This document shows positions 57,638-64,000 of a DNA stretch of 64,000 nt, piece after piece (the stretch's first letter is position 1; each line of letters opens with the position of its first letter). Made by a program: the position numbers and the translations under genes. The notes beneath the pieces were generated by a model, which searched no databases, was not told the origin of the DNA, and saw only the letters and a list, made by a program, of their open reading frames with translations. The DNA comes from Eledone cirrhosa (taxonomy: Eukaryota), in NCBI GenBank assembly GCA_964016885.1, contig OZ024743.1:314216001-314280000 (forward strand). Reading direction: 5' to 3'.

Positions 57638-58663
57638 GCGACAAGAATGAATAATATCGTGTAATCATAAACTGAGAAAGACCTTTAAATATTATAAACC
57701 TAATTAATATACACTTTAGAAATTATTATAATAACATTTTTTTTTTTTTAAATTTAGTTAACCTATAATTAATATTCTACTACTGATGAACTACATAATT
57801 TTATTTCCCTTTTACAACTATCTTTTCCTAAAATTGATACCTTTAAGTATACATATATACTGTTTTAATTTCAGGTTATGATTCTATGTTCCTTGTAATC
57901 TTTATATATTTGTTATTTCTCACTAATAATTTTAACCCCCCCCCCCAATAAATATATATATTTTTTTATTTCCCCTCGTTTTTAACAGCACTCTTCTATT
58001 ACATCTAACTCTTATTTATCATATCTATATGCATTAATATAATTTTATCAATATAAATATACCTATCAATTTAATTAATTTATTTTCTTTTCATAGATGT
58101 AAATTCCATATATATTTTTTTCACTAACACTTTTATCGTAAAATTTTAGTCTCCTTAGATATTTACAATGGCATTATTCTTTTATAACAGCAATTTTTCG
58201 TGTACCTTTTACCGACCTGACCTATTTTCACCCCTAAAATAACCTTTACATTCATCATACTCCTTCCATTCAAAACTGAAATCTGCCTTCTTCTACCCCT
58301 AAATTAAAGTTCCATTACTACTATTATACCATTTGGCCAGTTATTACCTTTCTACTGGTCAATTCAAAACCTGTTCCCAAACAGACCTATTATATTAAAT
58401 CTTTGTTGGTTTTATTCAATGAACAAATATAATTATTTCTGAAGACAACATATGACCTATTTTCATCCCTAAAATAATCTTTCATTCATAATATTCTTTC
58501 CATCCAAAACTGAAATCTACCTTCCTCTACCCCTAAATTAAGGCTCTATTACTACTATTTTACCATCTTGACCTTCACTATCTTTCTATTGGTCAATTCA
58601 AAACCTGTTCCCAAACAGACCTATTGTATTAAATCTTTGTTGGTTTTGTTCAATAAACAAATA

Positions 58664-58801
58664 TCATTATTTCTGAAGACAGCATATATATGTGGAGGTA
58701 TGTATATTCCTTCTGATAGTTTGTAAAGATTTTACATAGATCTATATGATATGCATACCAACACTAACATTTATATCCTAGAAACGATCGTAAAATGATG
58801 A
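58664..58801 (+). ncRNA. HHR in the PLE 3' pseudo-LTR (about 100-nt stem II)
   Basis: 9-bp stem I tcattattt/aaatgatga, CTGAAGA at 58673, GAAAC-GATC-GTA at 58781-58792. Confidence 0.75.
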
Positions 58802-59149
58802 ATTTTTTAATATAAGGAAGTGCTTCTTTGTTTATTCATTATTTTTATTAATTTATATATATATATATATATGGCGCCCAGCTAGGAATACCGGCATTTT
58901 ATCTTTTCAGGAATACCCCCTACACTCCAGTGCAAAGATACCGCACGCCCTCTCAAGTTAGCGAAGTGGGGGTGGGGATTAACGTGCTCTGATGTTGGGT
59001 TTGAATAGTTTTTAGGCTCCCCAGTTCAGCAGCCAATACGTTAAAGAAAATGTAGTTACAACAATAAACGTCTGAACAGAGAACACATGTTTTAACAAAC
59101 AATAATTTGTACAACAATAATGGAAATTTCAAGTAACACAAAATATTTA

Positions 59150-59720
59150 AATTACATTGTTAGAGCTTCAGAGTATACAATATTCTGTTGTTCGGCCCTC
59201 TGGAGCAAAGATGAAGAGATTGTTTGGCGAGCTCACCCTAGTATATCCTACATACAATTGACCATAGCTCCTCTCGCGGAGAAGCTCTATAGACGTTGAC
59301 CTCTGTACACTCCTGTCAGGAGCAGGTAACTGTAGTGACTTACAGGCCTACAACCAATCTCCAGGACACAGTTTTCAAGGCAAATGAGCGCCTCATTGAA
59401 AACGACATCGTATATTACGTTTGGATTGTGTCTGCGCGTGCGGTGGAGGATGTCCTCAGCTAGACTTGCACGGTGGTTGTTCCACAGTGCGAGAGGGTTG
59501 GCGAGATCGCAGTTGTTCAGCATAATAGTAAAAGGTTTTCGCAGCTGATAAGGTACTTTAGCAGTTGCTGCTTCTTGCAGGGTGAGGTGCAATGGCTGTC
59601 ATCGTGTAACATACCACGCACCTGGCAAGCCCAACGGTAAGTGGAACTTTGATGGCCATTAATGGTTCTCAGATCTTGGAATGACTGTGGCCCTCTAACC
59701 TCGAAAAGTAACAATGACGA
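59150..59720 (-). pseudogene. Internally deleted Helitron RepHel fragments
   Basis: LLFEVRGPQSFQDLRTING, LQEAATAKVPYQLR, LAEDILHR and GQLYVGYTRVSSPNNL resemble the Helitron at 13-18 kb. Confidence 0.8.
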
Positions 59721-60241
59721 TAAGCCGTCTGTGCTTTCGTGAAATAAATAAGTTTTTGTTTTTGTGTATGCAAAAATATCTGTTCACGAATATATATATT
59801 AAAATAACAGATTAAAGTTTAAGCAAAGAATCGCTGCTTTCATCCTTAATGGGATCGTCTGAAACTAAAAAAATCCGTCTGTGAACGATGAAGTAAATAT
59901 TTCGAAAACCGTTATCTAATGCAGACACCCAGACATACAGGAAGCGATGTATCTATTTAAAAAGACAGACTAAGAAAATGAGGGAATGTTATGCGACGTC
60001 ATAAGAACAAGTGAGGAATGACATATACCGGAAGTGTTGACATTTGAAATTTTAAAGAAGTGAATATTTAAATAATGTCTTTAATCTTTTAACGAAATTC
60101 AGTAGACAAAAATACCCTCACTTTTTTACTTCGAAAAAGTTACATCTAAGCTGAAAATTTGGTGCTGTTTGGTCCAGCCGTTTGGCGGAAAGTTTGTTAC
60201 CTACATACGGCCGTCAGCTTTATAGTATTTTTTTTTTATTC

Positions 60242-60296
60242 ATTCTGACGACTGAAGACAGACATAACATCTGCCTTCAAGAAAACACTGGTAAAT
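60242..60296 (+). ncRNA. Near-canonical HHR with a stem III mismatch
   Basis: att-CTGACGA-c-tgaagacaga..tctgccttca-a-GAAAA-CACTG-GTA-aat. Confidence 0.6.
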
Positions 60297-60332
60297 TAAA
60301 TAATTATTTTATGTTGTTTATTACATAACTAA

Positions 60333-60409
<77 letters not shown>

Positions 60410-60416
<7 letters not shown>

Positions 60417-61680
60417 CACACAGATACATGCGGACACACACATATATACATGAATGCATCCGCACCCAACTGTGAGTTAAGGGTGCCAACTTCACCGATG
60501 TTGCTCAATGAATGACTGGGACAGACCAATTCAGTTTGAACTAGACTGAACCAGTATCAGAGTTAAAGATACATTATGAAGAGAGAAGAAACATTTAGAT
60601 ATAATTAGTAATAAAATGTATCATACCTAAACTGTTCCTAAATTCCTCGACTACGTAGTTTCGTGGCATAAACAATATATCAAAGATATAGAGTCCTTGT
60701 GGGGACAACTGGAAAGCTTCCATTACTCATATTTCTCGCCTTCTTCACTACCTCTTCTGCGGCCTCGATATGAATACCCCCTCCGCCTCCGTGGTATTTT
60801 CTTCGTGGTTATAAGAGGCTTAGCTCTGTTTCTCGACCGTTATATCGCGTGACTATCTCCCCCTCTGCCTTTTGGGATTCTTTCTCACGTCGTGTAGACG
60901 CGTTCTTGAGACTAGTAAAATGAGGTATCCTCTTGATAAGTCGGCAGACCTCGCAAGGACTCTATATCTTTGATATATTGTTTTTGTTTATGCCACGAAA
61001 CTACGTAGTCGAGGAATTTAGGAACAGTTTAGGTATGATACATTTTATTACTAATTATATCTAAATGTTTCTTCTCTCTTCATAATGTATTTTTAACTCT
61101 GATACTGGTTCAGTCTAGTTCAAACTGAATTGGTCTGTCCCAGTCATTCATTGAGCAACATCGGTGAAGTTGGCACCCTTAACTCACAGTTGGGTGCGGA
61201 TGCATTCATGTATATATGTGTGTGTCCGCATGTATCTGTGTGTTTCTAAATATATTAATAACTCCCTCTGGTCGAGCAATCTTTGAAGTGTGGAGACAAC
61301 TGGAAAGCTTCCATTACTCATACTTCTCGCCTTCTTCACTACCTCTTCTGCGGCCTCGATATGAATACCCCCTCCGCCTCCGTGGTATTTTCTTCGTGGT
61401 TATAAGAGGCTTAGCTCTGTTTCTCGACCGTTATATCGCGTGACTATCTCCCCCTCCGCCTTTTGGGATTCTTTCTCACGTCGTGTAGACGCGTTCTTGA
61501 GACTAGTAAAATGAGGTATCCTCTTGATAAGTCGGCAGACCTCGCAAGGACTCTATATCTTTGATATATTGTTTTTGTTTATGCCACGAAACTACGTAGT
61601 CGAGGAATTTAGGAACAGTTTAGGTATGATACATTTTATTACTAATTATATCTAAATGTTTCTTCTCTCTTCATAATGTA
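60410..61680. repeat. About 590-bp tandem dimer with a 5' inverted partial copy; decayed HHR (GAAAC-TACGTA-GTC); relative at 47050-47385
   Basis: 60700-61090 repeats at 61290-61680; 60410-60690 is the reverse complement of 60960-61250. Confidence 0.8.
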
Positions 61681-61800
61681 TATATATATATATATATATA
61701 TATATTGATGCATACAAAAGGTAAACAGAAATAACAACACAATCGGTACAGTATATGGAAGGTATATATTAGGTTAACGCTTGATATAGCAGGAAGAGGA

Positions 61801-61836
61801 TCTTAACGTTTCGGACGCTAGTCCTTCATCAGGAGA
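61801..61836 (-). ncRNA. Minimal HHR
   Basis: Reverse complement tctc-CTGATGA-a-ggac-tagc-gtcc-GAAAC-GTT-aaga. Confidence 0.72.
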
Positions 61837-62497
61837 AAGAATGAGAAATAAAATAGATTGAGGAGACGGGCGGGATGGAATTTGAAAAAATGCCTTTAGA
61901 TAAAAAGAACTGGTCCATTCATGTTGACATCTCTTTATATATATATATATATATATAACGAAGTGTGGTAAGGAACCAGGTGGACCATAACGCACCAGAC
62001 TATTCGAAACTATGGGTACTAGAATGGGCAATAGGAAAAGAGTCAGGAGCCTGACGTTTCAGAAATAGCTCTCGAAACGGCCGGAGTTTAACCGTCGGGA
62101 TCCTGACCCTTTTCCTATATATATATATATATATATATGTATATGTATCTAATATAGAAATGGCTTCTACAAGCATATTTTGGCATTTATACCTTTTCTG
62201 GTGGTAGGAGTGGATGGTGATTGGGATGGATGGAGGTCTAGTCCTCTAGAAGCCATTTCTATATTAAATATTTATAATCTGCTATGTATTGAGTACCTTA
62301 CTGACTGTGGTTAGCCCCAGTTGAATATATATATATAAATAAATATACACGGGTGTGTATGATTGTGTATAGAAGATTATATTAATGAAAGGAATTCCAA
62401 AATTGTCTGATTTACTCGTTTTATTTACAATCCTTTAAAATTATAATGGTATTAGAATGAAATAGTATGGTAGAATATTAAATGTTAACTGTTAATT

Positions 62498-62534
62498 GAA
62501 CAAGTACTTTCATGCTTTCGCAATCTTCAGGTTC
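62498..62534 (-). ncRNA. Compact 37-nt minimal HHR
   Basis: Reverse complement gaac-CTGAAGA-t-tgc-gaaa-gca-t-GAAAG-TA-CTT-gttc. Confidence 0.82.
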
Positions 62535-62761
62535 ATATTCTGTGGTAACAGTCAAGTTCGAACCTGCGGGTCCAGAATCAGACAGATCCACACAATGACC
62601 GCGACTCGAGCTGTCCGGCGGAGAAACAATTGTAACAAACAATAAATTGAGCTCAGATGCATCACTGATTTTACATTTTCTATTCTATCATTCTCTGCTC
62701 TGTAAGAGCATAGAGTGCTCAACCGGCATACCACCTATGGAAGCATCTTCGCTAACATCAG

Positions 62762-62815
<54 letters not shown>

Positions 62816-62882
62816 GGAAAAAATGAAACGAAAGTTCATTTCTCACTCTTAGTAGGGCTGTTACTTAAATATAAGTATGTAT

Positions 62883-62925
62883 ACGTCGCTGACGATAGCT
62901 AATACGCTTGAAACTAGTACAGCGT
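62883..62925 (+). ncRNA. Minimal HHR of the 7021 family
   Basis: acgtcg-CTGACGA-tagctaatacgctt-GAAAC-TA-GTA-cagcgt. Confidence 0.75.
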
Positions 62926-63384
62926 TCCTTTGTCAGTGTTGAACAAATGAGCAACGATGGTTGCTAGAGGCTGTACGGCCTAATTCGGGATGTTTGTTTA
63001 CAAACACACCGAGCATTATAATAAATGTCCGCTGAATCCATACGTACATATATATATGTGTGCATGTATGTATATATATATATACATACTACTGTACGTC
63101 CGTATACATATATGTATGTTCGTATACATACTTATATATATATAATATATATATATGTTAGACTGTATATATGTTAGAGTATAATATGTGTTTATATCTG
63201 TATTTTTGACCGTTGGTCAATCAATCATAAACATTGACGAAAAAATGAATTAACTGTGGAGATATAAAAGATACAGAAGCGAAAACACACCAAACCGTGA
63301 GTGCATTCTGTTATTATTTCTGGCAATACTATTACAACAATATGACCCTTCCCAAGTGTAACAATATATATATATATATATACA

Positions 63385-64000
63385 TACAGCTATTGCTCGC
63401 ACCAACCGGAGGTATATGATTTTTAAAGCAATGAAATACCAATGAAGGTTGGAAAATCACTGACGAAGGACTATTTTTATCATATGTAACACATGTGCAA
63501 TCACGCAGTATTCTTTCTTCTCATGTTTTTTATATATAATTTCTTCAGCTGCGTTTGTCTGTTTCTCTCTTACTGCTTCCCCGCTCTCTCTGTTTCTCTC
63601 ACCTTCTTTCGCCCCCTCTGTCAGTTACACTTTATCTCGACTGGCCTCTTCCTCGCACTTCCACTCACTCACTCTCTGTTTCTCCCCTTCTCACTTCCTC
63701 CCGTTTGGCCTGTAGTGGGTTCTCTTCTTGCTCACATCTCACTCACGTCGGAAGGTCTGTATATCTCTCTCGCTCATGAAATCCACCCAGCTTAAGCTGA
63801 CCGGATTCCCATGCTGCTTGTTTTTTCCTATCTTTGCGTTGCTATCCTTGCCTGTTGTTTACTGTCTCGCTCGCTTTACGCGATTTACTTGTCCCAATAG
63901 CTTTATTTAGCTATTGCTCGCACCAACCGGAGGTATATGATTTTTAAAGCGATGTTATACCAATGAAGGTTGGAAAATCACTGAAAAAAGGACTATTTTT
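63385..64000 (+). repeat. About 520-bp tandem repeat, family of 1118-1910, running off the window end
   Basis: agctattgctcgcaccaaccggaggtatatg at about 63388 and 63909. Confidence 0.8.

Larger units (their letters stand above)
55320..58855 (+). mobile_element. 5'-truncated Naiad-like PLE with an inverted pseudo-LTR copy at its 5' side
   Basis: 55320-56203 is the reverse complement of about 57966-58855; ORF remnants 56200-57700 (VNFLDI, YQPYHKPN, RRVTWYNAPF, CNCRNKANCPLKG, YIGATSNQFKVRFNTH, LNKRQE). Confidence 0.9.

Overview
Non-coding, repeat-saturated animal DNA, most likely cephalopod/octopus (inferred from the SINE types and the extreme (TA)n/(CA)n/(TTA)n density). No intact host gene or exon can be supported; most short ORFs in the track are microsatellite artefacts. 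Decayed transposons present: a near full-length RTE LINE (9129-12048, -), a full-length Helitron with both termini (13212-19245, -), an R4/Dong-like RLE LINE (43000-45210, -), at least five Penelope-like element (PLE) remnants, tRNA-derived SINEs, a MITE and a non-autonomous Helitron. The main hidden signal is RNA-level: more than 30 minimal type I hammerhead ribozyme (HHR) motifs, intact or decayed, from many sequence families on both strands. They sit in tandem repeats, fold-back palindromes and PLE pseudo-LTRs inserted into (TA)n. Highlights are a 310-bp, apparently identical tandem retrozyme-like array (six HHRs plus one antisense copy), a family with a compensatory U3-A8 core (UUGAAAA), a family with a fixed U4A core, recurrent mismatched stem II closing pairs, and HHRs with 55-100 nt stem II insertions. 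All folds were read by eye and no activity is demonstrated.
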